64,000 nucleotides of DNA from assembly GCA_002708695.1 (NCBI GenBank), contig PAOZ01000019.1:3065-67064 (forward strand), in the 5' to 3' direction. A model generated the notes under the pieces. That model did not search any database. It worked only from the letters and a program-made list of their open reading frames with translations, and had not been told where the DNA came from. The position numbers and the translations under genes were made by a program. Origin of the DNA: Methanobacteriota archaeon (GTDB lineage Archaea > Thermoplasmatota > Poseidoniia > Poseidoniales > Thalassarchaeaceae). Positions 29,118 to 39,612 of this stretch are shown in pieces; position 1 is the stretch's first letter; the number at the start of each line of letters is the position of its first letter.

Positions 29118-29152
29118 TTAACGCATTTTAACGGTTAAAAATAATGCGTTAA
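29118..29152. promoter_or_regulatory. perfect inverted repeat TTAACGCATT-N15-AATGCGTTAA in the divergent intergenic region
   Basis: Read directly: 10-bp arms at 29118-29127 and 29143-29152. The 15-bp spacer contains a second near-palindrome, TTAACGGTTAA. Located about 105 bp upstream of both the hmgA ATG (29260) and the minus-strand 683-aa gene start (29015). Confidence 0.4.
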
Positions 29153-29259
29153 ACGCGTGAATTAGAGGATTATCCAAGCGCAAAACGAGGAAAATTACCA
29201 TTTTGGACAACAAGGGACATATCCAAGACATTCCACGCAATGGATAACGGGGCAGACAC

Positions 29260-30549
29260 ATGGATAGTCGAATTAGTGGATTCTACTCGCTTTCAATGGA
29301 TGAAAGGCACGAAGCAATAGCTAATGCGCTCTCTCTAAGCCCAGAACATTTTCACCCTTGGATTAACCCTCAATCGCTTGACCAAGAGACTGCAAACAGA
29401 ATGATTGAGAATGTAGTTGGACAATTATCGCTCCCCGTAGGCATTGCAATGAACTTCTTAATCGATGGAGAATCAAAATTCATCCCATTTTGTGTCGAAG
29501 AGTCAAGTATTGTTGCCGCCGCCAGTAATATCGCCAAACGGGCCTTCAAATGTGGAGGATTTACAACAAATGTTGACCCCCCTCTGATGATTGGACAATT
29601 GCAAATATTGGATGTAAAAAACATTGATAATGCGATAAAAGTGATTGAAGAGAATAAGAAAGAATTGATTGAGAAATGTAACGACATAGAATCTACTATG
29701 ATTCGCTTAGGCGGTGGTTGTAAAGACATTGAGTGCAAAATTTTGGAAACCGAATCAGAAAAAATGTTGATCGTTCACTTAATTGTAGATACTAGAGATG
29801 CAATGGGAGCGAATGCAGTGAATACAATGGCAGAAAGGGCTGCTCCTTGGCTAGAGAACCTCACAGGAGGTAGAATTTTACTTAGGATTCTTTCTAATTT
29901 AGCAACTAAAAGGCTTGCTAGGGCCTCTGTGAAACTATCGCCTGAAGCAATTTCATCAAAAGGAGAGCCTTCAGAGGGGGCTCAAATAATCAATGATATC
30001 ATCCTTGCATATGAATTCGCAGATGCTGACCCATGGAGAGCAGCAACGCATAACAAAGGAATAATGAATGCGATTTCTCCAATAGGATTAGCATGTGGAC
30101 AAGATTGGAGAGCAATAGAAGCGGGAGCCCATGCTTATGCCTCAATTACTGGAAGATATCGCTCTATGACTCGTTGGTGGATAGATGAACAAGGATGGAT
30201 AAATGGAACAATCGAGATACCACTCGCTGTAGGAACAGTAGGGGGTGCTTCGAAGATTCATCCTGTAGCCAAATTAAACCTAGAACTAACAAAAACAAAC
30301 AGTGCCCAAGAATTAGCAGGAGTGATGGCCTGTGCAGGACTCGCACAAAACCTTGGAGCAATGAGGGCTCTGGCTACCAAGGGAATTCAAGAAGGGCACA
30401 TGAGGCTACACTTACGAAATATGGTAATGTCGGCAGGAGCAACACCTGATGAAGTAGATGAGGTAGCAAACGCTGTACGATTAGACGGAGGGAACATTAC
30501 CCAATCACTCGTAGATTCAAAATTGAAGGAATTTCGCAATCAATCTTGA
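29260..30549 (+). CDS. hmgA: hydroxymethylglutaryl-CoA reductase, class II-like
   Basis: ENVVGQLSLPVGIAMNFLIDGE...VEESSIVAAASN and DAMGANAVN closely parallel class II (mvaA-type) HMGR motifs. 429 aa. Confidence 0.85.
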   Translation: MDSRISGFYSLSMDERHEAIANALSLSPEHFHPWINPQSLDQETANRMIENVVGQLSLPVGIAMNFLIDGESKFIPFCVEESSIVAAASNIAKRAFKCGGFTTNVDPPLMIGQLQILDVKNIDNAIKVIEENKKELIEKCNDIESTMIRLGGGCKDIECKILETESEKMLIVHLIVDTRDAMGANAVNTMAERAAPWLENLTGGRILLRILSNLATKRLARASVKLSPEAISSKGEPSEGAQIINDIILAYEFADADPWRAATHNKGIMNAISPIGLACGQDWRAIEAGAHAYASITGRYRSMTRWWIDEQGWINGTIEIPLAVGTVGGASKIHPVAKLNLELTKTNSAQELAGVMACAGLAQNLGAMRALATKGIQEGHMRLHLRNMVMSAGATPDEVDEVANAVRLDGGNITQSLVDSKLKEFRNQS

Positions 30550-31166
30550 CCTTCTATGTCTTCTTCGGTCCCATCAGAGTCAGGAATTACGTCCATATCA
30601 CCTACTTGAGGATCCAACTCACGGATAGAATCAACCAATGCCTGAGAAGAAATTCCATTTTCTTGAGCCTGTTGCCTAAACCATTCTTTGACTTTCTTTG
30701 GCTCAGTATGTGGGCATTGGAAACGTTCGGCAAAATATCGAGTAGTTTGCAAACGTCGTGAATTCCCTTTTCTACGCCTATCAACTAAACCTAATCGCGC
30801 TAAAGAACGTACGTAATCATATGCAATCGGACCCATCATGCTAACTAAATCACTCTGCATCATAGGTTGATGATAAGCAATCAAGGCAGCAGCGCGTTGT
30901 AATCTCTCAGGTATATCTCCCCTTAATTCAGAAGGCAAATAGGGAGAAAGACGAGGGTCTACTTCCATAGACCATCTGCCACCAACTTCCACTATCTGAA
31001 GAGCATTTCCTCTTCTACGCCTATATTGACCTCTTAGAGAATCAAGAGCTTGGGTTACTTCTTCTTCACTAATGGATGATTGAGATGCTAATTCTGAGCA
31101 ACTTAAAGACCTACCTGAGCAAAATAGTAAGGCTTCTACAATTGCATCAACTCCTGGTTCACTCAT
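30540..31166 (-). CDS. scpB: segregation and condensation protein B
   Basis: N-terminus IVEALLFCSGRSLSCSELA is the ScpB winged-helix signature. 4-nt overlap with scpA. Confidence 0.8.
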   Translation of the reverse strand: MSEPGVDAIVEALLFCSGRSLSCSELASQSSISEEEVTQALDSLRGQYRRRRGNALQIVEVGGRWSMEVDPRLSPYLPSELRGDIPERLQRAAALIAYHQPMMQSDLVSMMGPIAYDYVRSLARLGLVDRRRKGNSRRLQTTRYFAERFQCPHTEPKKVKEWFRQQAQENGISSQALVDSIRELDPQVGDMDVIPDSDGTEEDIEGQD

Positions 31167-32173
31167 ACTTCCACCTCCACTAACGAAATTCCACGTTCTT
31201 CAGCAATCTTGTTTAGAGCATCCTCATATGAATTGGAAGATGGCCACCTATCTTTGATGAAAATCCTGCCCTCTGATGCCTTTCCCATTTGCCAAATTTC
31301 AGCGAACCCCCTGTGGGTAAGGAAAAGAGATGCAACAAAACCGGAAATTTCACCTTCAATACTTGCTTCATTATCAGTAGCTCCTTCTTCGATGGCTAAT
31401 GCCATCAAATGCTCTCTAATTGACTGTAATTCAACTGGTGCACCATTCCTACCTAAATCTCTCATTGCAGACCAGCAACGTCGAATATCGTCCTCAAGAT
31501 TCTCCCTATGTATCCTTGAAGAAACATTAGCCATTGCCTCTGCAACTTCAGCTTGATGACGAACTCTTGCTTGTTCACGAAGTTGCCTTTCTCTAGCATC
31601 CTCATGGGCACCTTTCAATGAAAATAGCATTTCAGTGAGAGTAATGGGCCTTGATTCGGTAGTTCTACGAATGCGACCTTCGAAGAGATTTGGCAAAGCA
31701 TCTTTTGCTTGCCCAGTGAGCACATTTACCGAAAAAGAATATTCATCATCACTCAGTTCACTTTCCCAACCTATATCCATAGTCCAATCATCTTCAAGTA
31801 ATTCTTCTTCCCAACGTTCATGACGTTCAATGAGAGTAAATGTTTGAGCATGTAAAATTGACCATGCCATTCTAATCAGTCTTCCACAACTAGGCAAATC
31901 GATATTTTCTGCAGTCTTTATCCTCTCACTGAATAAATCAATAAAAGTAGAAAGATCGACGTCCCATGGATCAAGAGATTCTGTTTGGAAAAGTTGGAAA
32001 ACAAGTGCAATTGACCTATCAATTGGATCAACCAACATCTGGTGCTCTCCATTTTCCATTTCTGCGATTTCCACTAATCGGTCAATGAACGGAGAAACTG
32101 ATTCTTCTTCTTCTTCTCCGAGCAAGCGATTTACAATATCAGAACGAAGGTGGTGTGAATCTAAAATATTCAT
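31163..32173 (-). CDS. scpA: segregation and condensation protein A (kleisin)
   Basis: FEGPLDLL-like N-terminal segment (QLFQTESLDPWDVDLSTFIDLF). Position between smc and scpB. Confidence 0.8.
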   Translation of the reverse strand: MNILDSHHLRSDIVNRLLGEEEEESVSPFIDRLVEIAEMENGEHQMLVDPIDRSIALVFQLFQTESLDPWDVDLSTFIDLFSERIKTAENIDLPSCGRLIRMAWSILHAQTFTLIERHERWEEELLEDDWTMDIGWESELSDDEYSFSVNVLTGQAKDALPNLFEGRIRRTTESRPITLTEMLFSLKGAHEDARERQLREQARVRHQAEVAEAMANVSSRIHRENLEDDIRRCWSAMRDLGRNGAPVELQSIREHLMALAIEEGATDNEASIEGEISGFVASLFLTHRGFAEIWQMGKASEGRIFIKDRWPSSNSYEDALNKIAEERGISLVEVEV

Positions 32174-32183
32174 TCAATACACC

Positions 32184-35100
32184 TCACTCCTTGAGCAAAT
32201 GCTCATCTTGGGCATTTTGATCAGGAGATTCAACAACTTCTTGAGCGGCTTCTGCCTCTTCAAGACGATTTTCCCAATCTAATTTTTCATCCAAATCCTC
32301 TTTGGTATCTGCAGCCCTATCACCCAACAAAGCCAATGTAGATGCATCTACATCATCTGATTCTTCTTCTCGAATTCCTCCAAGACTCTCAGGATTTGGC
32401 AATGGTTCTGGGACCATTGGACGATTCTGAGGATTTGGCAATTCTTCCATGTTTCCTTTTTCTTCTGCCGCCTTCCTTTGTGCTTCTAATTCTGCTTCAG
32501 CAGCTTCTCCCATCTCAACTGCAGCATCTCTGTCGAAATTCATTATCAATCGACTACAACCATCACCGCCGTGAGTTACTCCGATATGGTGATCTGCCAT
32601 CTGGAGGCTGACCTTGCGCAATGTGACCATGATAAATTGTGCTCGACCACTTCTTAGTCGACATAACTTAGCAATACTTTCAGCATTAAACGAATCTAAG
32701 TTTTGATCAACTTCATCGAAATAATAGAAGGGTGAAGGTTCAAAATCTTGAATTGCAAAAATTAGGGCCAAAGCAGCCATTGATTTTTCACCGCCTGAAA
32801 GGAGATTTAGACGGGTTTTATTGCTCTTACCAGGGGGTTTTGCCCACATTTCCAACCCTCCAGAGAATGGGTTGTCTGGGTTTTCTAGTCTCAAATCTCC
32901 CTTTCCACCAGGTTGGAGAAGTTGGTATACTCTTGAGAAATTTTTTGCTACTTGAGTAAGTACTTCTGTCAGCCTTAGACGACGTTCAGACTCAAGTTGT
33001 TCTGCTATATCGATTAAACGAGTACGCCTATCTCTTAGACTGGAAGCGTCCTTACGAAGTTGTTCAACTCTTGATGCGGCTTCATCATACTGCTCGATTG
33101 CAAGTTGATTCACATTTCCAATTTGGCTTATCCTACGCTCTAAACCCCGAACCTTTGACTCAATTTGAGTAAATGCTGGAATGCTATCTCCCTCTTCTGG
33201 TATTGAAATATTCATGTCCGACATTTCTGTGGCTAATTCTCGGAGTACAGCATGTTTCCTATCTATTTCAGAATTTAATTCAGTAATTCTTGCCATCATT
33301 GTTATTCGTTTAGAATTCATTGATTCAAGATTTGCACGCAATGTTGCTCTTTCTTCTACAAATTCCATTCGTTGTTCATCTAATTCCTTCTGTTCTTCAC
33401 TAACTTGAGAATGTATCTCTCGTAGTCCTTCAAGTTCTTCACCCCATTCTCCTCTCTTGGATTCCAATTCGATGATTTGAGTTTCATTTTCTTGGGCCAA
33501 TGAACGGGCTTCTTGTTCCCTCTGTACTAATTTCTCAACTTCTCCTTGAATAATACTGAGACGTTCATTACTAGTGGCCAAAGCAGATTCAGCTTGAATT
33601 GATGCTCTAGATGCTTCTGTGAAAGCCTCTTGAGCATCTCTCAAACGTTTAGATAAATGCTCAGGAGTTTGAGAACGCAAGCGTTCCATTAAATTATCTC
33701 GATTAGAAACTGCGGCAAGATGATCTGCTTCTGCTTTAGCAGAGGCAATTTCGCAGTTTTCAACTTCTTTCGCCTTCTTTTTCAATTCTGCTTCAGAATC
33801 ATTCAGTCTCTTCTTTACATCCAATAATCTGGAACGTGCTCGTTCTAAATCTCCCTTTATCTCTCTAGCACGCATTGACCCATCTTCTTGGGTTAACGAA
33901 TTTATTCTAGTTCTGATTTCTTGTTGTGATTGTTGATTCTTCTCTACTGCAGATTGAACTGTCATGTGTAAAATCTCAGCAGAATCAAGAGCAGAAGATG
34001 CTTTTTCAACAATTGACAAACCAAGTGCTTTGCCACCACCAAATGATGCTGAAGGGGCGCGACTAACACCTCCAACCATTGCACCTGATGCTTCAAAGAC
34101 TGTTCCGTCTAATGTCACCATTCTAACTCCTCCCATATTTCCGCGAGCCACGTCCATATTCTGGACAATCAAAGTATCTCGAACTGCAGTTCTAACTGCA
34201 TTTTCAATTTCAGAATCATAATCCAAAAGGTCTGCTGCAAATCCTACAACTCCATTTTGCCTAGATACCATCAATGCACGCCCTCCAGCACGTCGCACCT
34301 GCATTTTGTTGAGTGGCAAGAACACAGCGCGCCCTAAACGTCCTTCCTTTAGGCGACGAATGCACATTGATGCAACTTCATCATCTCGAACGACAATGTG
34401 ATTCATGCCTCCACCTAAAGCATGAGAAAGGGCCAATGAATGCGATTCGTCCTTTGGTACACATAATTCACTTAATGGCCCCATAATGCCTTCAATTTCG
34501 CCAGTATCTCTCATCCCACATATTGCCTTTACAGCCTGTGCTTGATGGGAGGATCGGCCAGATTTCTGTTCCATCTCTTGTCTAACTCGAATTAGTTGAC
34601 GTTCTGCCTCATTTCTTGCATTCTTAGCATCCAATTCTTCCTGACGAAGTGTGACCTCCGCTTTTTGAAGACGAATTAATTCCTGTCCCAATTTTGTACG
34701 TTCTTCGCCGGAATCCATGCCTCCTGATTCCTCTAATTCCATCTCGAGGTCAGACACTTCCATTTCAGCATCCCTATGTTTGTCTTGTAAATCTGCCACT
34801 TGCCCATGCACAATATCTGCGGACTGACGAGCCCTCTCAGTTTCCAAGGTTTGCACTTGAAGGCTATCTGATAATTTTGTAGCCTCATTTACTGCCTTTC
34901 CATAAGCTCGATTCAAATCCATTGTGGCCTTATCGCCTTGCTCCATGGCCTTCCTTGCATCAGATTCGTCGTTTTTTGCTTGCTCGATATCCAACTTAGA
35001 ATTAGTAAGACGAGTCTCTGCATCTTGAATACTTGACAAGTGTTGTTCAATAGATTTCTTCGCTTGACCAATTTCTTTCTCCAACGTTTTGGCTTCCAAT

Positions 35101-36095
35101 AATGACCTTTCAGCAGAATTTTTCAATTCAAGAACTCTGTCTCCTGCTGCTTCAATATCAATCTCAAGGCGGCGAATTCTCTCCAACGTACCTCGTTCAG
35201 ATGAGCCGAGTAAAGCATCCATCTCTTTTTGGATTCTAACTATTTCATCATCCAAAAATTGAACTCTAAGATCGGACTTCTCACAATTATCCTTCAATTC
35301 TTCGGAAGAAGAGATGTAACGTGTTCTTTCTTCTCCTAACATTCGAATCTCTTCAAATTGCGCCCTATGTTTTGATTGCATCAATAACGATTTTGATTCT
35401 TCTAAATCTTGAATCAAATCGCGATATTTTAATGCCTTCTCTCGTTCTTTCTCCAAACTTTCAATCCGCTCAATCTGCTGTTTTTCAAAGACATCAATCA
35501 TTTCTAATTGGGACTCAACTTGCTTCTTCTGGCGATCAGCCTTTCTCAATTCTTCATCGTATTGAGTTACTCCCGCGACATCTTCGAGTACACGCCTTCT
35601 CTCAAGAGGAGTCATTGTAGAAAGACTAGCAACATCTCCTTGGAGAACGATATTATAGCCATCTCCTCGCGCTCCTGCTTCGATTAACAATCTCCTAAAT
35701 TCCGTACTAGATGAAGGACGATCATTCAGCCTGTATGCAGACACAGCTGCCCCCTTTGAATTTAGTTTGACTGCTCTAGTGAAACAAACTTCATCTGCAT
35801 CTACCTTCAAACGTCTTTCTCCAGAATCATTGGCAGGATTATCAAAAATTAGCGTAACTGTACAAAATTTGGCCGGCTTACTCCTACTGCCTCCGTTGAA
35901 AATCAATTCTTTCACATTTTGGGCGCGAAGGGATTTCGTTGAACGGGTACCAAGAACAAATTGAATTGCATCGCCGCTATTTGATTTACCTGAACCATTA
36001 GGGCCAGTGATTGCCGTAAATCCTTCTTCTAAATCTATCACTAGTTCTCCCATGAAAGATTTGAAATTTTCAAGTTCTATTCTTTTCAGATGCAT
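32184..36095 (-). CDS. smc: chromosome segregation protein SMC, with unusually long acidic C-terminal tail
   Basis: N-terminus IELENFKSF...ITGPNGSGKSN. Long coiled coils and hinge. C-terminal ABC signature LSGGEKS and Walker B. About 140 extra acidic residues after the head domain. Confidence 0.93.
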   Translation of the reverse strand: MHLKRIELENFKSFMGELVIDLEEGFTAITGPNGSGKSNSGDAIQFVLGTRSTKSLRAQNVKELIFNGGSRSKPAKFCTVTLIFDNPANDSGERRLKVDADEVCFTRAVKLNSKGAAVSAYRLNDRPSSSTEFRRLLIEAGARGDGYNIVLQGDVASLSTMTPLERRRVLEDVAGVTQYDEELRKADRQKKQVESQLEMIDVFEKQQIERIESLEKEREKALKYRDLIQDLEESKSLLMQSKHRAQFEEIRMLGEERTRYISSSEELKDNCEKSDLRVQFLDDEIVRIQKEMDALLGSSERGTLERIRRLEIDIEAAGDRVLELKNSAERSLLEAKTLEKEIGQAKKSIEQHLSSIQDAETRLTNSKLDIEQAKNDESDARKAMEQGDKATMDLNRAYGKAVNEATKLSDSLQVQTLETERARQSADIVHGQVADLQDKHRDAEMEVSDLEMELEESGGMDSGEERTKLGQELIRLQKAEVTLRQEELDAKNARNEAERQLIRVRQEMEQKSGRSSHQAQAVKAICGMRDTGEIEGIMGPLSELCVPKDESHSLALSHALGGGMNHIVVRDDEVASMCIRRLKEGRLGRAVFLPLNKMQVRRAGGRALMVSRQNGVVGFAADLLDYDSEIENAVRTAVRDTLIVQNMDVARGNMGGVRMVTLDGTVFEASGAMVGGVSRAPSASFGGGKALGLSIVEKASSALDSAEILHMTVQSAVEKNQQSQQEIRTRINSLTQEDGSMRAREIKGDLERARSRLLDVKKRLNDSEAELKKKAKEVENCEIASAKAEADHLAAVSNRDNLMERLRSQTPEHLSKRLRDAQEAFTEASRASIQAESALATSNERLSIIQGEVEKLVQREQEARSLAQENETQIIELESKRGEWGEELEGLREIHSQVSEEQKELDEQRMEFVEERATLRANLESMNSKRITMMARITELNSEIDRKHAVLRELATEMSDMNISIPEEGDSIPAFTQIESKVRGLERRISQIGNVNQLAIEQYDEAASRVEQLRKDASSLRDRRTRLIDIAEQLESERRLRLTEVLTQVAKNFSRVYQLLQPGGKGDLRLENPDNPFSGGLEMWAKPPGKSNKTRLNLLSGGEKSMAALALIFAIQDFEPSPFYYFDEVDQNLDSFNAESIAKLCRLRSGRAQFIMVTLRKVSLQMADHHIGVTHGGDGCSRLIMNFDRDAAVEMGEAAEAELEAQRKAAEEKGNMEELPNPQNRPMVPEPLPNPESLGGIREEESDDVDASTLALLGDRAADTKEDLDEKLDWENRLEEAEAAQEVVESPDQNAQDEHLLKE

Positions 36096-36225
36096 CGCTC
36101 CACCTCGTTAATCCCATCCATAATCGAGCACCTCGATGGCTTACAGCACACCTGAGGACACTTAAATCATCATGGTCAGAGATAGTAATTACATTCGATT
36201 TTACGCGTGGCCCTCAAACGCCGAT

Positions 36226-36969
36226 TCACATCGAACCCGTAGAACCGCATTCTGAACATCCAACCCCACTACAATAATGACATGCCCGTCCAACCTTTTC
36301 TTCGAATTCATCTGAAGAACCCAGTTGAAATACATCTTCTAAAATATCCAAACCCAATATTCGCCTCATTTGTCCAACACTCATATCAGTTCCTTCGAGT
36401 TCCATCTTCCCACGATATCGAACTCTATTCATCGGTGATTGATTAAGAAGTTGAGAATGGTTGGACGATCCTCGTCGAAATAAAACAACTCCAATAACAA
36501 TCAGAAGTATATTTACAATTATTGACGGAATTCCAAATATCATTTTCCATTCTATGCCAGAACCCCCTGGATAAGATACTCCAATGATATCTAGAACACC
36601 AAATACTGCAATTATTGAACCTGCAATCATTGAAGCCCAAGATCGTCGTCTTGATTGACCACGTGAACTCAAACGGATATTTAGTGCCGAAGTCAATCCA
36701 ATAAATGCTAACGTTGCCCCAAGCCCTCCGACTAACAAATCTGAGAGAGCATAATTTCCTAACGGATGTAAACAAGGAGATTGACCAAAAGTCACAAGTT
36801 GAGCCAAAATTTCTGCTTCAGTACAAGAAAAAGTAGCCAAACCAATGAGATCTACTTTCTGATTGTATTCGGCATGATGGGCCCACAATCCAAATTCTAC
36901 ATTGTAAATTACTCCAAAGAAAAGAAAGCAGCCAAATACAGCGAGAACTAATCGAGAAGCCTTAGACAC
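36226..36969 (-). CDS. membrane protein with C-terminal Cys4 zinc-ribbon
   Basis: Several TM helices. C-terminus CHYCSGVGCSECGSTG. Confidence 0.4.
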   Translation of the reverse strand: MSKASRLVLAVFGCFLFFGVIYNVEFGLWAHHAEYNQKVDLIGLATFSCTEAEILAQLVTFGQSPCLHPLGNYALSDLLVGGLGATLAFIGLTSALNIRLSSRGQSRRRSWASMIAGSIIAVFGVLDIIGVSYPGGSGIEWKMIFGIPSIIVNILLIVIGVVLFRRGSSNHSQLLNQSPMNRVRYRGKMELEGTDMSVGQMRRILGLDILEDVFQLGSSDEFEEKVGRACHYCSGVGCSECGSTGSM

Positions 36970-37058
36970 AGACCGTCATGTTAAGGATAGGCTATTCACG
37001 CTATCGCAAAAAAAAGGTCTGCAAGAATCTTCATGCCAGAATTCCTGTACGACAGGGC

Positions 37059-38660
37059 ATGGTGCAAACGGCGATGGAGTTTGATGCCGTTGTTATCGGC
37101 TCTGGAATTGCTGGACTTACCATGGCTGTTGGACTTGCAAGAGAAGGCAGAGATGTTGCTTTGGTAACAAAAAAACAACTAGAGGATTCATCCACCAATT
37201 GGGCCCAAGGCGGCATTGCAGGAGTACTAGATACAACAAATGAAGAAGCAATAGAGAAGCATATCCAAGATACCTTAGATGCAGGCGATGGATTATGTGA
37301 CGAAAATGTAGTCAGAAGTGTTGTAAGAGAAGCCGCAAAGAGAATTCAATCTCTAATTAACGAAGGAGTTGATTTCGATCGTTCTTCAGATGGGGCCTTT
37401 GACTTAGTTAAAGAAGGAGGACATCAAGAAAAAAGAATTCTACACGTCAAAGATCGCACAGGCGCAGCAATCGAAAGTACTCTTATCCAACGTTTACATG
37501 AAGAAAATGTCACCATTTTGGAAGGATGGATGGCTGTGGATTTAATCTTGGAAGAACAAAATACCCCTAAAAAGGGGAATAGAGGTGTTTGGTGCTTAGA
37601 TCCGGTAGGAGAAGTACATTCAATTGTATGCAAAGCGTTGATTATTGCAACAGGAGGAGCGGGTAAATTGTGGAGAGAAACCACCAATCCATCAGTTGCT
37701 ACAGGAGATGGAATTGCAATGGCTCATCGTGCTTCAGTAAGAACCACACATTTAGAATTCATACAATTCCACCCCACAGCACTGGCAATTTCCGGAGAAC
37801 AGCCATTTTTAATCACAGAAGCGCTTCGGGGAGCAGGAGCCATTTTGATGACAAAAAAAGAATTAGAACATTTTAGAAAATCAAACAAAAAACCGTCCCA
37901 TTTTTCCTACATGAACAGTATTGATCCAAGAGGATCTTTGGCAACTAGAGATATTGTTGCACGTGCAACAGACCGTGTGCTAAAACAAACGGGAGATAAA
38001 CATGTATTTCTTGTAACAGAACATCTCGAAAAGGATGAACTCAAATCTAAATTTCCTACAATAAGTAAAAGATTGGAAACACATGGATTAGAGCTTGGTC
38101 CTGACCCAATACCAGTTACTCCAGCAGCACATTACATTGTAGGAGGAATTGAAGTCGATCATATGGGGCAATGCAAAACATTTGATGGAGAAATATACAG
38201 TGGACTTTTTGCTATTGGAGAAGTTGCATGCACCGGACTGCATGGTGCTAACCGATTGGCATCAAATAGCCTACTTGAAGCGATAGTAATGACTCATCGT
38301 GCATTATCAAAAGCATTAATTGAAACTGAAAAAGAAAAAAATAATTCAACAAAAGTTCCACTTTGGAGGGCTAATGGTCTTGAACATTTGAAAGAACACG
38401 CCCCGCTAAAAGCAGATCGCGAAGCATTACAAGCCATAATGTCTGACGATGTTGGACTTGTGAGGAGAAATGAACGTCTACAGAGAGCCAAACGAAAAAT
38501 TCTCCATATTACTGAAGAAATAGATCGAATTTGGAGAACTTCAAAACCTACAAGAAAATTAGTCGAATTAAGAAATATGTCAATTGTTTCCTCACTAGTC
38601 ATTGATTCAGCTATTTCAAGAAAAGAAAATGTCGGTTTACACTATAATATAGATCAATAA
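37059..38660 (+). CDS. nadB: L-aspartate oxidase
   Basis: FAD-binding FDAVVIGSGIAGL...NWAQGGIAG. Family motifs RHAHS/HPTAL-like (FIQFHPTAL). Start at ATG 37059 rather than the ORF-track 36978. Confidence 0.85.
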   Translation: MVQTAMEFDAVVIGSGIAGLTMAVGLAREGRDVALVTKKQLEDSSTNWAQGGIAGVLDTTNEEAIEKHIQDTLDAGDGLCDENVVRSVVREAAKRIQSLINEGVDFDRSSDGAFDLVKEGGHQEKRILHVKDRTGAAIESTLIQRLHEENVTILEGWMAVDLILEEQNTPKKGNRGVWCLDPVGEVHSIVCKALIIATGGAGKLWRETTNPSVATGDGIAMAHRASVRTTHLEFIQFHPTALAISGEQPFLITEALRGAGAILMTKKELEHFRKSNKKPSHFSYMNSIDPRGSLATRDIVARATDRVLKQTGDKHVFLVTEHLEKDELKSKFPTISKRLETHGLELGPDPIPVTPAAHYIVGGIEVDHMGQCKTFDGEIYSGLFAIGEVACTGLHGANRLASNSLLEAIVMTHRALSKALIETEKEKNNSTKVPLWRANGLEHLKEHAPLKADREALQAIMSDDVGLVRRNERLQRAKRKILHITEEIDRIWRTSKPTRKLVELRNMSIVSSLVIDSAISRKENVGLHYNIDQ

Positions 38661-38697
38661 TCAAAAAAGATGCAAAGATGGCTAACAATTCAGAATA

Positions 38698-39612
38698 TTA
38701 CATCGATAATCCACGAACTAAATCCCACAATGTTTGAGTTCTTGGTACTGGAACTCCGTGAATCTCTGCTCTTTCTACAATAGCGCCACAAATCCAATCA
38801 ACTTCAGTTGGAATTCCATTCATCACATCTTGAAGCATGCTACATCTATTCTCGGCAGTAGATATCAATACCTCATTCAAAGAACTCTGCAATTTTTCAA
38901 AATCAATCTGTATTCCTTCAAGTTCTGCCACGGTTGCACCTTCCATCATTACAGAAATTGCTAATTCATTAAGAGGAGATGAAAGTAGAACACCGTTGCG
39001 AACTCCACATATTGCAGAAATTGGATTTATTGCCAAATTTAGAAGTAACTTCTCCCAGATTGAGGGCAATATTTCAGGTGATGAAACCGGAGAAAGATTT
39101 GCGTCATCAAACATCTCAATTAGTCTTTCAAATAATCCAGGTCTTCCCGAAAAATTCTGTTTATCCAAGGGGCCAATGATGATTCTTCCTTCTCCTCCAA
39201 GTTTAATCTCAGCAGGCCCTATTCTGTTAGACCCGTGGGTGATACAAGCACCAATTGTCCTGCCTCTCCCTACAACCGAGGCAACACGATTCAGATGCCC
39301 CAAACCATTCTGAATTGCAATTACAAAACCATCGCTCACGAGATGTTTTTCAGCTATAATTGTCAATTCAGATACAGAATTTTGTTTACAACAAATTATT
39401 GCTATATCCAATGATTGTTGAGAATTAAGAATTGAATATTCGATAGGAGTTAACACATCGATTGATGATTCAGAATGAACAATTATTCCTCTCTCTTGTA
39501 AAGTGGAGAATGACTCTCCTCTTGAGTAGATAAATGGATTATGCCCTGCTTTAATCAACTTGTAAGTAAGTAAAACACCAATTGCTCCTGTACCGAAAAT
39601 ACCGAGCCGCAA
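38698..39612 (-). CDS. panE: 2-dehydropantoate 2-reductase (ketopantoate reductase)
   Basis: N-terminal Rossmann GxGxxG (MRLGIFGTGAIG). ApbA/PanE family layout with C-terminal helical domain. 304 aa. Confidence 0.65.
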   Translation of the reverse strand: MRLGIFGTGAIGVLLTYKLIKAGHNPFIYSRGESFSTLQERGIIVHSESSIDVLTPIEYSILNSQQSLDIAIICCKQNSVSELTIIAEKHLVSDGFVIAIQNGLGHLNRVASVVGRGRTIGACITHGSNRIGPAEIKLGGEGRIIIGPLDKQNFSGRPGLFERLIEMFDDANLSPVSSPEILPSIWEKLLLNLAINPISAICGVRNGVLLSSPLNELAISVMMEGATVAELEGIQIDFEKLQSSLNEVLISTAENRCSMLQDVMNGIPTEVDWICGAIVERAEIHGVPVPRTQTLWDLVRGLSM

